A stretch of 64,000 nt of DNA from Lama glama (GCA_028534125.1 CM052816.1:44580001-44644000), one strand, 5' to 3'; numbered from the stretch's first letter, positions 11,301-25,235 are shown. Made by a program: numbers and translations. Notes: generated by a model not told the origin, from the letters alone.

Positions 11301-14300
11301 CTTAATGGGAAAGCAGCTCACAAGCAATGCAAATTAAAAAGTGGTACATTTCATTTTAGACAGTTGAATAAAATCTATTAAGAAAAATATAATTGTCAGT
11401 AACCGTTGAATGACTTCAATAACTTTTTAATCACAAAATTAAAATCATGACTATCACATTTGCTAAGACTTTAAAAAGGATAAAATATTACAATATAAAA
11501 AAAGTTTGATCACCTATTATGTCTCTAAAACAGGGCATAAAATACTACTTTTAAACAGATGAATGTCGTACCAACTTATTATTTGCTTCTTAGAGGAATT
11601 CTTTCTTCCTTTTTATGTGAGGCATGGATAACATCTAATGTAATTAGTCTGTTGTTTTATGAAGTTTGCTTTTTAGATAGATGTTAACATCAGTGACAAT
11701 TGGATCTCTTCAGCTATGCTACCTTTCACTTAGTTTCTTTCTGATGCACTGTGATTTGCTGAGAGACAGAACACTTCATTCTAGATACAGCTATCACCTG
11801 GTGTTTGCTAAATCACTGTGAAATTCTTGCAACAGCTGTTTGTTCCTGGGGAAACATTCACTTCATATTGCAGCAATAAACTGATCATTGCCAATTAAAT
11901 GCCCATTAATTGTGTAAGCAAGGATTACTGCCAGATGTTTACATTAGAAAGAAAAATATCCTTTGCTATTTATTTTCCACTTGTAGGCATCCCTTTTCAT
12001 GTAAATAATTATGACTTTTGTTTTTTATAATATGCCACAAATTTCAATTAAAAAATTAATAAAACAATGTCTCTGTAGGTTTGATTAACAGATAAGCTAT
12101 GGTTTATCATTCATATAATAGGAACAAATTAGGGCAGAATCACTTTTTGAAAGAAAAAAATGCTGAAATATTACACAGTGATTCAAATTTTCTTGGAAGT
12201 TTATTTGCTATGGTGCATATTTTCTAGAAGTTGTCTTTATTTCTTCTCTTTATTCCTTTAGGAATAATAAGCCTATGGAATTATGTTCTTAAAAGCTGAG
12301 ATAAAACAAACTCTCTTACATAGCCTATAATGGGGAAGAAAACTATAAAAAAAAATAAAGGAATCCATAGGAAATAAAGCAGGTGGCATTTTGATATTTT
12401 AAGCTAAATCTCACTGCCTTTGTATTTACCTGGGGCTTCATTCTCTCTCAAAATATTAAGTTCTCTCCAAAAGGCAGTAGTGATGAAAATGGAACATGCA
12501 CTTAATAATACGTTGTTCCAAGTATTCTGTTTCTCAACATCAAAACAAAATGGGAAATAAACATTAACCATACTGAATATATTTATTACCTCTTTCAGTG
12601 TCTAAATAAGTGGCAAAAATGAAAGGAAAAGAAGTGCTTCCATGGCCAGACAAACCTATAAATCATGCTTTTTAGATAGGAGGGGTTTCACAGAACACAT
12701 CATACACTTATCTCCTTGCTGTGGTGCCTTCGTGTTTCTATAAGGAAGGGCAAGTTCATATATATGTCCCCCCTGTTAGAGTCACTGCTTCCAACCCCTC
12801 ACACCCCAGCCATACAGTGTGTGCAAGCAACAACAACAAAAAGATTAGGGGGTGTTCTGTTCCTCATCAGATTGAACCAAACCTCCTCTTTGGAAGGTGA
12901 TCACAGGGCACACTCAGAGCTGCGGAAGACGTGAAACAGTAGCATCTGGCTCCTTAAATATCTCCACAGGCACTTGTAATGGCATCTTTGAAGTTTTCTC
13001 TGCATCTGTCACATGTTTAGACTGCACATTGACTGCCCCAGCTGAGCACGATTTTGATTCTTTGAGACTTTGAATAGTGTAATCTGTTTAAGAATAAGGC
13101 TCAGGAAAATCCCTCATAATATCCATACACAAGCTCTTTCATGATTAAAAAAAGGGGGTCCTCATTCCCATAACTGTTATTTTTTTATGCTGAAATGATG
13201 CCAGCCTTTGAGTTAATAATACAGCCTACAATTACATTCCAGCTTTGCACATTTTTTGAGAACCTGTACTCAAAACCTCATCTTGCCTGTTTTTTTTTTT
13301 AACCAGTATTATAGAAATTACTACTTGAGAAGGCCTCTGTAAATGTGATGTGTGCATAATCGTCTTGGCACCTGATTATAAAAGAAATCTGACCACTGTC
13401 AACTCACTTTGAAAATCATTTTTGATTCAATCTATTGAGCATCAAGTGCATCAAGTGCAGAATTTAAGAATAAAGGGTGATTTGACTTAAATGGGAGTTT
13501 GAGTGCTATTGACTTTGCATCCATTAAATTAATACACTTCTAACAATTAAGTGATAAAGACTCTATGTAACCCACCTCCATATATGGACAGACTATTTCC
13601 TACTAACAGTGGGCCCTCAAAATACATCAAACATCTCCATAAATACAAGTTGGGATTATTAAGTATAGCTTCATTCTCCCCAGTTCCATGGTTGAGCAAT
13701 TTTGAATTGTTAAAGTTGACCAAAATCTTCTTGGTGTCTCAAAATTCAATACTTCTAACCTCCTCAATTGAGGAAGATAACCTAATAAGTTCACTGATAC
13801 TAGGGTATCAAAGGCTTAATTTTATTTTCCTCTCCCTTAAAGTTTTCTATTTTAAAACAAGACCACATGAAGAAGGGAAATGCTTCCAAAGACAAATTTG
13901 AGCATGTGTGCATATACACAAACACACACCAAAATAAACAGAAAACAACAGCTGTTTGAAGATAGGAAGTTTTTTGAGCCGCATTAAACGGTATCATTTC
14001 GGCCATCGTTTTCTCTGTTTATAAGATTGCCCTGATGGAACAAGTTATTTCATATAATTCATGAAAAGTTTCTTTTTTTGCTATTTATCATTAAGGACAT
14101 CACCTTTAACTTTAAGAACGCAAATATAAAAACAAGCCCCAGGAAGACGCTGACAAAGTATACTCCCGCCTTGTTCCCAGTAGGTCATCAAGAGAATAAA
14201 CTGGACTCTTTACACAAATGAGTTGACTTGTGAATTTCAGTAACCAGAACCCTGGGGGGAGGGAGGCATAGTATGTGATACAAATGGATATGAAACAGAC

Positions 14301-14761
14301 TGGGAGAAATGGGAATTATTTGTAAAGAAGAAATCCAGATCAATTAATAGTGTTAATTAATCTGGAGACTTACTGGTGCTCAATTTGTTCTTCTGGAGTG
14401 TTTCCACACTTCCTTCAGAACCAGATTATTATAGGGTGTGTAGCAGCTTCTTTCTTCCCCATTCTACCAACTGGAGGGGTAACTCTCTTTAGAGATTTTG
14501 ATTACTGAGGGCATTATATCTACCACAAAGCTCACCGTGTATTGATATGGCTTTGTTTGCTTATGTCTTTGACCTTCATTATATGTCTGCTTAATATACA
14601 GATGTACAATTCGCTTGCATGTGTGTCTTCATATTCACACAACTGTGTTTCCCAATTCAGATTTGGGGGAATTGTCAGTGTAAAATGTGGGGCTTAGGGA
14701 TTCTGACTGAATCCATGTCATGGCCCCAGGTATAATACAAAAATATTAAAAGTATGCTACA

Positions 14762-14977
14762 GGGATAAACTGGGAACTTAGGATTAACAGATGCACACTA
14801 CCATATGTAAAACAGGTAAACAACAAGGACTTGCTGTATAGCACAGGGAACTACATTCAACATCTTGTAATAACCTACAATGAAAAAGAATCTGAAAAAG
14901 TTATATATAGAGAGACAGAACTGACTCACTTTGCTGAACACCTGAAACACTGTAAATCAACTATAATTCATTTTAAA
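14762..14977 (+). mobile_element. 5'-truncated L1 3'UTR with TSD
   Basis: gggataaactgggaa...ctgtatagcacagggaactacattcaa...aacactgtaaatcaactata. agtatgctaca is duplicated at 14751-14761 and 14981-14991. Confidence 0.9.
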
Positions 14978-15514
14978 AAGAGTATGCTACATTTTCTCAG
15001 AAAATACAATAATAAAAGACCAAAATGGGGAACTGCGGATTTACTGGTTCAGAGGCCACTCTTACTTCACAAACTAAAAGTACAGAGAAATGTCTACCAT
15101 GAACGTAGTGGACAATTACGGTGCACCTGGAAGTCACAAAGCCTACTTTTGGCATTGGCTGGCAGGAAATGACAGGAAGCATGAATGAGATCTCTTTTTC
15201 AAGAAACAACTTATAAGTCTTACCTTTATTTTCAAGCATTCACGCCACATGGTTTCTTCCCTCATTTCAGTTATGGATAACTGAAGAATTCTGGAACAAA
15301 TTATTGATTTTTATGATTGTTACAAAGAAACTTGGATGACAAATTAATTTACTTTGCATCAGAAGAATTCAGGTTTTAAAAAATGATGCTATAAAAGACT
15401 CTAGGAGAAAGATTTTATAGATTCTGAAGGGAGATAGAGGAAGCTTTAGAGAAAACATGCAGTTACTTACATTAATTTCACCATGTATTTATTCAAGAAA
15501 GACTTTGAGAAAAT

Positions 15515-15690
15515 ATAGTGTAATGGGATTTAAAAAATAAAAGAAACTAATTTGTTAAGATTTTAATTCTGGTTCTTCCACTAACTGGCTGCTAACCAGG
15601 AGTAGACCACTCTACTTTTATGAGCACTGATTCTCTCATTTGTAAAATAAGAGTGAAATACATATCTAAGTAGCTTCTAGTTCTAAAGCT
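15515..15690 (+). mobile_element. MIR fragment
   Basis: ttctggttcttccactaactggct ... ctcatttgtaaaataag ... tctaagtagcttctagttctaaa. Confidence 0.65.
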
Positions 15691-17129
15691 CACTACTGAG
15701 TTTTTCTTTTTTCAGTCAGATAGTGTGCCATTTTGTACATGCAGCCCATGAGTCTGCAGATGGCTACCCCAGACTCTTCTAACTGAACAGGGTATTTCCC
15801 ACTCTCAAAATCCAGTTCATATCATGAGATTACCTGATATTAGTCTTCAAATGCAAAAATGTTAGAAAAAGAAAATACCTAATATTTAGAAAGGGAGCAC
15901 AAAAAAAGAGATTCCTTAGAACACAAACAGAACTTCACGTCTAGAATGAAAGTATGCCTCCAACTTTATCACATGAATTTAACAAAACCCCATGTGTGTT
16001 TCATGACACATCTGTCCCACAATACTCTCCAGAAGAAGAGTCTGCTGATCAAATGAGTCTAAGCCATTATCTATGCTACCAATCTTAAAGGTTCAGGAAT
16101 GACAATTCTGAGAAATCATAGTTTAAAAAAATGCTGATCTTTTCCAAATTTATCTAGGCATATGACTGTAGAATCCAATTTAGAAAAAATTGCAGTAGGA
16201 CATTAAACCAAGATTTGGCTTGTTTTCCTCAGGAAAAAAAAAAACCTAAGGCAGTTAAGGCTAAGACACAAAAGAAGACTCTATACCATAGCCAGCACAG
16301 AAAGGTACAAAACCAAGAGTGTTCCTTGTTGTCAAACTTTCTAGCATCCCACAAACTTCAGGACTTCTGATATGAGTCAAAGAGAAGTCAGGTGAATGCC
16401 ATGTATCTCTTATCTTTCAAGCTATTAGTGCAAAGAACAGAGGCTTTTGAAGTATAGATACACAGAATGATGAAACTTCCTATAAAATTCCATGGGAAGG
16501 TGATTTTAGACATAATTGGATTGGATCTTGGTTCTTATCTTTTTATCAAGGGTACATTCTCAAACAGTTGAAGGGTAAATTTCCAGTTTTCTACTCAGAG
16601 AGGCATCTGTACGAGAAGAGCTGGCCACCTCTTCTTAAGAAGTTAGTAAGAGAAAGTATATATCCCTCCATCTCCAGTATCCCCTCTACGCAATCTGGAT
16701 TGAGACAGCAAAACACACATCATGTTTCATTTTATGAATCACTCCCACAGAACCACTAACAGCTTTCATTAATACTCAACACAGAGTAGACAAACACCAC
16801 CAGGAGAGGCCAAACCATGGCCAGGGCAGATCTGAACCACTCAGAAGCACCCAGGGACCTTCTGACGTATTAGTAGACAAACTTGTCCCAATCGTGTCAC
16901 TACTCTTGCATAAACATGACCTCACACCCATTTCACCTAACTGAATTTTTTGGACACAAGTTATAACTTACTGGTAAGGTTTTACCAGAAATAAACTTAA
17001 AATTTATGATAATGATCTCAGTTATCATGACCACACTGAACAACTCAGGAAGGACATTTTGGGGATAGTTGTTTAATGATCACCTCGTGGCTCTTTGAAT
17101 CATTTCAGAATGCTTCTCCTACAAAGATG

Positions 17130-17535
17130 TCGAAAAACTGATAAACGTTGTCTTAAATAAGAGGAGCTAATTCTTCTCACATAGGAAAAACAAACAAACA
17201 AACAAACAGCTGCTGCTGACACTGAAAACTCTTTAACTAGCTCAATAATTCGGGCCCAGTATATCTATTTCTTTGGCCTTTTCTTCCCAGAGACAAGACT
17301 GGCACTACTGCTCAGGCATCATTTCTACTTTCAACGATGGATAAGGGTGAAAGATAACATTAGACACAACGGTCACTTTTACCACTGAGAGCAACAGGCC
17401 TCCTGGCAGGTTCCCACAGACTTCTGCTTTAGCTCAAACTATCACACAGTCCAGAGGGAGTCTGGGAACACATGTATCAATAGCGAGGAGAGCAAGGATG
17501 GTCAAAGGGTGCAGAGGAGCCACAAAGAATGACAT
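17130..17535 (-). mobile_element. Degenerate MLT1-like MaLR LTR
   Basis: Reverse-orientation MLT1-type start (gtcttaaataa...ttcttctcacata) and cccacagacttctgct...cacacagtccagagggagtctgggaa. Confidence 0.45.
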
Positions 17536-18789
17536 ATCACCTCCAAAAATAATTTCACATTCTGTGGTTATAATTACACAGAGCCTTCCCAACGTAGAAA
17601 AAAAATATCTGACAACAACTATTTAAACAATAACCCTACGACATTTCTTTCTCCCTGACAAAAAGGAGGGCTTTTAAATTTCAATTTAAAGCAGTGCTTT
17701 TTTTTCCTACTTAAATGAGCTGTGAATAGCAGTGACTTACATATAGCAGTGTTAATCCTAAACAATGTCAATCTCCATTAATGAAATCATTGCAAAGGGA
17801 TTGGTGATAATTCAATTCAAATCCAAGGTTTATTTTTTCTTTGCTCATGACTGTTTTTCATGATTTTTCTAGGATACTCCCAAATGCTTGTTGTTTCAGT
17901 ATGATTGTCAATAATACCTCTTTTATTTTCAAAAATGTCCTTGCTTAGATAATAAATTATATGGTTATCCAACCCATTACTCTCTCCACACTAATGATTT
18001 TGAGGTTCACATTATTAGAACCAGCCATATACCTGAACAGCCATGTATTAGAATTACTATGTATTAGAACTCCATCAACAGAGGCCTACTTGACATCTCC
18101 ACTGGAAAACTACGCCAAAAAATCATCCATTCAGTGGCTCTTACCCAGTCTTCTCTCCCTTAGTTACTATCAGGAAGGGGCCTAAAAGACCAAACAAGGA
18201 ACCCAGCACTTTCCTTTATGTGCTTGAACTGCCAACTCAGCTCTGTTCCATGGACTTCCAGATTGTCCCTGCCTGTAAATAGTGAAGAATGGGTAACCAA
18301 GATGAGCTTCATGCTAGACATTTCAAACTTGGATTGGCTGATACAGAAAAAAGAGGCAGTAAAATAAAACTTTACAAGACTGTATGAATGCTCCAACCAG
18401 AATCACTGAGGTAATTTGAAGAAGTCAATTCAACGTGACTTTCTGAATTGGGTTTATGAGAACCACAGATGCAGAATTAACTGCGGATTCAGAAATAGAA
18501 GTGTAGAAATCAAACAAGCACAAGAATAACAGAAAGTTAGAATCCCCCTCCAGGATCCCTTTTCTAGAACACTGATGGCAGCACTGCACTTTTGTGGACC
18601 CTCTGCACTCCTAGTCATGACTGCAGTCAGGACAACAGTCTGAGGGTAAGATCAGCTCACGGAACAGAGGAAAACACTTCTATCAAGAAGCATCTACTCA
18701 GCAGGAAAAGCAGACATGGAAGATTCTTTTTTGCCCTTGCCTATGTTGCCCCACAGGTGAGCCACCACTTTATCCTAACCTTTTACTCT

Positions 18790-20150
18790 TCTGTTGTCTA
18801 AACTCCCAAACTCTCACCAAACAACTATAAAAGCCTCCTCACTGCCCTGCCACTATCCACTCTCATCCCACTCCAACGAAGCCAGAGGGATATTTAAAAA
18901 TAAAAGTTAATTAATGTGATCTGTCTGTTTAAAGTTGTTCAGTGATTTCTCATTGCTTTAATTTAAGCGTATTTGTTGTTGTTTTAATTGAAGTATAGTT
19001 GGTATACAATGTTTTGTTAATTTCCGGTGTACAGCATAGTGTTTCAGTTATATATATATATTCCTTTTCTCAGGTTACTGCAAGGTATTGAATATAGTTC
19101 CCTATGCTATACAATAGGACTTTGTTGTATATCTGCTTCATATACAGTAGTTAGTATCTGCAAATCTCAAAGTCCCAATTTACCCCTCCACCTCCACCTC
19201 ATCTCCCCTGGTAACCATAAGTTTGTTTTCTATGTCTGTCTGTTTCTGTTTTGTAAATAAGTTCATTTGTGTCCTTTTTTTAGATTCCACATATAAGTGA
19301 CATGGTATTTTTCTTTCTCCTTCTGGCTTACTTCACTTACTATGACAATCACTGGGTCCATCCATGTTGTTGCAAATGGCATTACTTTATTGTTTTTATA
19401 GCTGAGTAGTATTTCATTACATATCTATACCACAACTTCTTTAACCAGTCATCTGTGGATGGACATTTAGCTTGCTTCCATGTCTTAGCTATTGTAAATA
19501 GTGCTGCTATGAACATTGGGGTGCATTTATCTTTTAGAATTAGAGTTTCCTCCAGATATATGCCCACAAATGGGATTACTGAATCATAGGATAAGTCTAT
19601 GTGTAGTTTTTTGAGGAATCTTCATAGTGTTTTCCATAATGGCTGTCTCTTTCTTTCAGAATAAAAATCCAAATTTTACTGTGGTCTACAGGATTCTTCA
19701 TGAACTGGTCTATGCTTATTTCAAAATTATAAATTTAAACAACTTTTCCCACATTCACAAATCTTTTACTACTCCGGATTTTGTTCAGTTTTTTGAAAGC
19801 ACTATTTTCCCTTCCATCCTAATACACTGTTCAATCTGCTTCAAAAAGTCTCTACCATCTTTTTTGACACCTATCATCTTTCAGACCTCAGCTTAAACAT
19901 CATTTCCCCAGGGAAACCTTCTCTATACTCCAAAACTACCTGCAGTATACTCTTATACCTCCACAAGTTTTCCTTTGCAACACTCAACCTAAAAGTTTGT
20001 AAATTCGTAAGTGTATACTTTCGTACAACTATTTGATCATAAATAATCTCTTCCACTAAACTTTCTTTTCATTGAATCTTTAGCATAGTGCCTTTTATAT
20101 ACTATGTTTTCAATAAGCATTTATGAAATGTATGACTGAATTAATGTCAA
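18790..20150 (+). mobile_element. L2 LINE 3' region, interrupted by an L1
   Basis: ttcagtgatttctcattgct (18938-18957) resumes after the L1 as agaataaaaatccaaattttactgtggtctacagg. ctcagcttaaacatcatttccccagggaaacct and a 3' tail ttcaataagcatttatgaaatgtatgactgaat are present. Confidence 0.8.
18973..19645 (-). mobile_element. 5'-truncated L1 (ORF2 C-terminus plus 3'UTR)
   Basis: The minus ORF 19382-19567 (CTPMFIAALFTIAKTWKQAKCPSTDDWLKKLWY) is the L1 ORF2 C-terminus. The 3'UTR reads ttttaattgaagtatagtt on the plus strand. Confidence 0.95.
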
Positions 20151-20483
20151 TATAATACATATAGCAGACACTCCAAATGAGTCATCCTTTCAGAAGATAA
20201 TCTTAATGGGTAAGACTACTATAGTCTCCCACAGAAACATCTGTGATTTTCTTTTTCATTCAAACACTTGTCCAAACTTCACTCATTTTAACTGACTATG
20301 ATGTACTAGGTTAAATAATTTGTAATGATTACTCATTGTATGGAATAGCACTTTTAGATTTATCTTAAAACTGCTCAAATTTTGAGACATGGCCCCTCAT
20401 CCTATTCATTTAGAGTATTTTTGAGACATACCTTATATGACATCTCATGACTTTAAAAATATTTATCATATCCCTTTCCAGCT

Positions 20484-20640
20484 GCAGCAGACTCTGTGAT
20501 GCTCCACACAGATTCCCTTTACCAGACAGATACACCCGTCTATCAGCCACTGTTAGCGTTGGTTGCTAGCAGCTCATAGCTGACCCCTTCACCAGAGAAA
20601 TTGTCCTTGGCTGAGGGGGGTCCTCTCTCTCCCAGAAAAG
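20484..20640. mobile_element. LTR16-like ERVL LTR fragment
   Basis: tgcagcagactctgt...gcagctcatagctgaccccttc...aattgtccttggctga resembles the LTR16 family. Confidence 0.5.
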
Positions 20641-23600
20641 ATGAAATTATGAGTTCATGACCACCAGGTCACCAAAAAACTAGCACATCTTGACACATGT
20701 AAAAGTACTAATAAAAAAATAACATTTCAAAAAGGCATTTTTCTTCCAAATAAAATATTTGTCATTGCTATTACGAAAGTGCAAGAATCAGTAAATGTCA
20801 TTTCAAACTGTAGTTATAGGACTGAGATTTACAAAGGTAATTCTTCCTACCTACCCCAGTACAATGTGGATTAAGAAATTAAATCATTCTAATTTTATGA
20901 TGTGTTTAACAAATACATTTAAGCAAAGATTAGGTCATTGGTTCATACAGGAACAAAATCAACATGGCACTACACGTGAAAAACTACATAATGAAAAAAA
21001 CAACTAGACATTTTTAACTGTTCAACTCTTATTTTAGGAGCCAAGGAGGGAGGAAAAAAACCTAACTAAAGGGTTAAAATTTAGCGGCTCAATCTACTAT
21101 TCTGGACCAAGTAGCCTAAGCCACTTATTCTCTAGAGATCCAGTACGTGTTCATCAATTAAAATAAGAGAAAAAGACAAACAACCCTTGTCAAGATAGCT
21201 ATTAATTTCAGAAGTATGGCAAGCTGCTTACTTGGTCTCAGTTTGATCCCTGGTGAATAAAACTAGTTGGTATGTAACTGACCATGGTTCACATATGTGG
21301 CAGCTTCAGATCTCAAAGGTCCAAGATAAAGACTGCAGAGAGTTAAAATGTCAGAGATCGCAGTCAAGGGTTTTCTTGGGGGGCAGAGCTGTGAGGTCAA
21401 CTTCAGTTGTCAAGCTGAAAGAAGTCACAGTGGCAAGTAGGTGTCAAGTATTTTATTTAACACAAGAGGATTCAAGTCCACTATCTAGACATTAGTGTTG
21501 TAAAAATTTGACAAATAAATTAAATTATAAATTGTTTCAATTATATTTCCTACTTTGGGTTCTTAAATTTTTAATACAGAAATGAGCAATTCTACTCTGA
21601 ATGTGCTATCAGTAGCCACAGAAATTCAATATTTAATTAGATTCCATTATACTTTTAAATTATTTTAAGTTTAAGAAAATGAACATTGTTATTAAATAAA
21701 CATATACAGTTTTATTTATAATTTGGTTTCTCATTCATGCCATATTTGATATTAGCATGTATAGCTATCTGGATCCCACCTTCTTGCTTTTGAATACTGT
21801 TTATATTTAGAGGATTCAATTTTAAAATTAAGAAAACTGGATAAAATTTAAATTAGTAATTTTTCTACCAACAATGTATACAAATAAAACCAAGTATTTC
21901 CAGTCTGTTGATTTAACTAAATAATAGAAATTCCTGCAATGAAAACCATTCCATTTGTGTTTCAGCATAAGTTGGTAGTAAAATACAATCAAATTCATGC
22001 TTGTCCATTTACTCTGTTTAGGTTATAAGAATATGCCCAATTCGGTGGTCATTAAGTTTCACCTTAATTAGCTATTTTTGCACACATGTTCTCATTTTGG
22101 AATCTTCTGGAAAGAACAAATGAATCAATAATAATGAGTAAAATAGAGGAAGTATTGTATGTACTCATCAATATTTAAAATAACAGTGAATATTTTACAC
22201 AATATAAAATTATTATTGTGGCCGTTTCTCTTTGACAAGACTTGCCACTAATGTTTACAGTTTCACTCTCTTCAATAATATTAAGAATAATAACCAAATA
22301 TATATCGATTGTAGAGTAAAACTCAGTAGACTCCTTGCACAGGGACAGCAGCAGATTAAAAATATCTCAAAACCAAAAACCCAAGTAGTCATTAGTAACG
22401 TGAACATTAAGGACTGCCATCACTTAAAACCTCATTTCCCATTAAAAACCCTGGAAAGCTGAGGAAAGGGCAAAGAAACTGTGTGTGAAGGATAGAAATG
22501 ATAGGATAAAAAATTAAGAAAAGACAATTTTTATAAGATAGGTTACAGAAGAATTTTTACTCTAAATGCACTCTTCTCCATGGATGATATTTTGGAATTA
22601 TCTTTAGCCCCCAAAAATGCCAGATGAATTTAAAAAAGATTTTGTAGTTAATACACCAAGAAGTGACTCTAAATATCGTTACTGCTATAACCCACCTTAA
22701 AGGGAATCTTCCCAATAATTGTGTAAATGAGACTTTTCCTAACAGCTGATAGAAAGATAATTACCTAACAGAAAATTTTCAAAGTTATAAAGGCACATTA
22801 TAGTTTAGAGTAATCTTATTAAAAATCAAATTCACAACATCAACAGATCCTTCCTGTGTGGTGTAATTACATTACAGACACTTAATTGAAATAAACTGGA
22901 AATGAAACCTGACCTAGCACAGGCATGCACGGCTGGTTCAGACTCAGCAGGGTGGTACCAGTTCATTAAACGGCGTTTTCATATATGTCTGCCCATTACA
23001 TTTTAAGAAAATATTAAAAGTAAGGACACTAGCTCAATTAAACACATTCATATATAAACACTTAAATACAATTTCTCTTATGGATGTAAAGACACACTTG
23101 AAAACAATGATATAGATAAAAGGAGTTTATGATTTTATGTGAAAAGAACTAGTTTTCTTTTCTCATGGTTACTTAGAGACAAAAAAGTACATACAGGAGA
23201 ATTAAGTGTTTCTAATGATACCATATGAATTTATATAAAAATAAGTAACAAAAAGTCCATATCACAAAAATGTTGAAGTCTTAACATTTTGGTTTCTTAA
23301 AGTCTTGAGAAGCAGCATGTAAGCCTGCTCAAACTCCCAGTAGTATCTTAAATTCATCATCAGTCACTGAAAGGCTGGAGCAAGAAGGTCAGAGGATATA
23401 TCACTGCTCAACCAAGCACCATCTACTCTGGATTCTGAAAACTCCCTATGGAAAGCAAGCCAGCTAGAATTTTCTCAAATTCTTCAACCCAGGAGAATAA
23501 ATTTATCCAGGCATAAATTGTATAAGTTGTATCTTAAGTGCAAATAAACTAATCCAAAAGTGAGTTTCTGCTTGTGTGTCTGTGGCATTGGGTACAAGGA

Positions 23601-24396
23601 ATCAGGATTTACAGGTCAACCTAACAAGTGGACATGTATCGGGGGACAGTGCAAACATATTTATTAATAAATAATCATTTATCAATTCCTTTATATAAAT
23701 GTTGCACAATCCAAACACAGAAATCCCTGCATAGAAGCTGAGTAGCCCTAGAACACTGGACCAGCCAAGCAGACAAGGTTGGTGCTCTCAAAGCAGGTGG
23801 AGGAGAACGGTCAGCCACAGCATCAGCAGTGAAACTGAGAAGGAAAGACAGAGCCACAGGCTTTCAATGTCAAAACAGGTCGTGAAAAGGATTCCTTACC
23901 TCCTGCAAAATTTCTAGGAATGGATTACTAGGAATTTTATAACATGAAGGGACTAAATTTCAATTATATTGTTTTCATATTTATATAAGGCAAGTTTAAG
24001 TTAAATATTCAGTATGTACTATGTTCAAATCACATTCGTGTATCTATAAACTTTAGAGAAAGAAACAAAAATTTTGGTTGTATATAAAATCAATATATTT
24101 ATGCTGTATATATAGTAAAAATATATTTTATATATACTAGCACAAAATAACAAGAAATAAATGACATCTCTCTTTGAAAAACTGTAAAGGTTTTATTTGT
24201 TTTGACATTGGCTAACTTGCACTGAAAAGAGGTAATAATCTATTACAATAATTTAAAAATTGCTATTCTTCTTAATAAAAGGATGGACTTTAAAAATTTT
24301 TACAATAGATTTGCTAATGCATTTTTTTCATAAATACAAATGTATTTTTCATATAATCCTTATTTTTAAAAACTAACAGTAAATCAAAATCCTGGT

Positions 24397-24905
24397 GTAT
24401 TATGAGGACTAACAATTAGCAGAAAACCTAAAACAAAGTAGGTCCAACACAAAAGGGGACTGACTGGTTCACCTAACAGTAGGCCTTCATAGTAAGTTGG
24501 ATTTGACAGCTTAACAATGTCAATGTGGACCCTAATTTATTTTTTTTTCTCCCTGCTTGGCCTTCTGTAGAGTCAGAGTCATCCTAAGTTTGATTTCCTT
24601 ATTGAGACAAAATGGTAGAAGGAATCATCTGCATTGAGACATTTTCCAGAAGAGAGCGATTTTATAATTTAGAAGATGCAACAAAATCTATCTGTCACTT
24701 AGTTTTGATCATACCAGCCCTGAAAGCATTCCTGTAGCCGGGGAAATGCCATGTGCCAATTGGCTAAAGTCTAGGCAACTAAACTAATCCCCACAGACAG
24801 GTGAATGAGACACTGGCTTTCACTCATCAAGGACCACTGGAGTAAAGCCAGTTCCATCCAAATTATAGCGTCTGCATTACAGTGAAGGGGTGAAATAGCA
24901 GACAT
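24397..24905 (-). mobile_element. Degenerate MLT1-like MaLR LTR
   Basis: gggaaatgccatgtgccaattggctaaagtctagg and related motifs typical of old antisense MLT1 LTRs. Confidence 0.45.
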
Positions 24906-24929
24906 CATTTCACGTCTGTACCAAAGCTA

Positions 24930-25235
24930 TTTCCTTCCTTCTTATGTCTAAGCAAACCTCAGTGTTGACTGGAGAGCAAACAGGGATCCCTTTATCTCAG
25001 GCAAGGAAGTGTGACTTAGATCTGGCCAGTGAGATGTAAGGGTACATTTATTGGAAAGGTATTGCCTGTTTCCTCCCTTTGAACTCAGTCATGTGAGGAT
25101 GAGAATTGCAGTGACAGTATCTCTCTTGAGAATATTCAAAGAAAGCCCAGAGAAATCATAGACATTCTCCCCTAGTACTCGGAAACTGCCGTGCCACTAA
25201 GTATCTGCAGCAACTAAAATGCCACTTTGTTACAG
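24930..25235 (+). mobile_element. LTR33/LTR16-like ERVL LTR fragment
   Basis: gtgtgacttagatctggccagtgagatgtaaggg and catgtgaggatg motifs. Confidence 0.45.
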
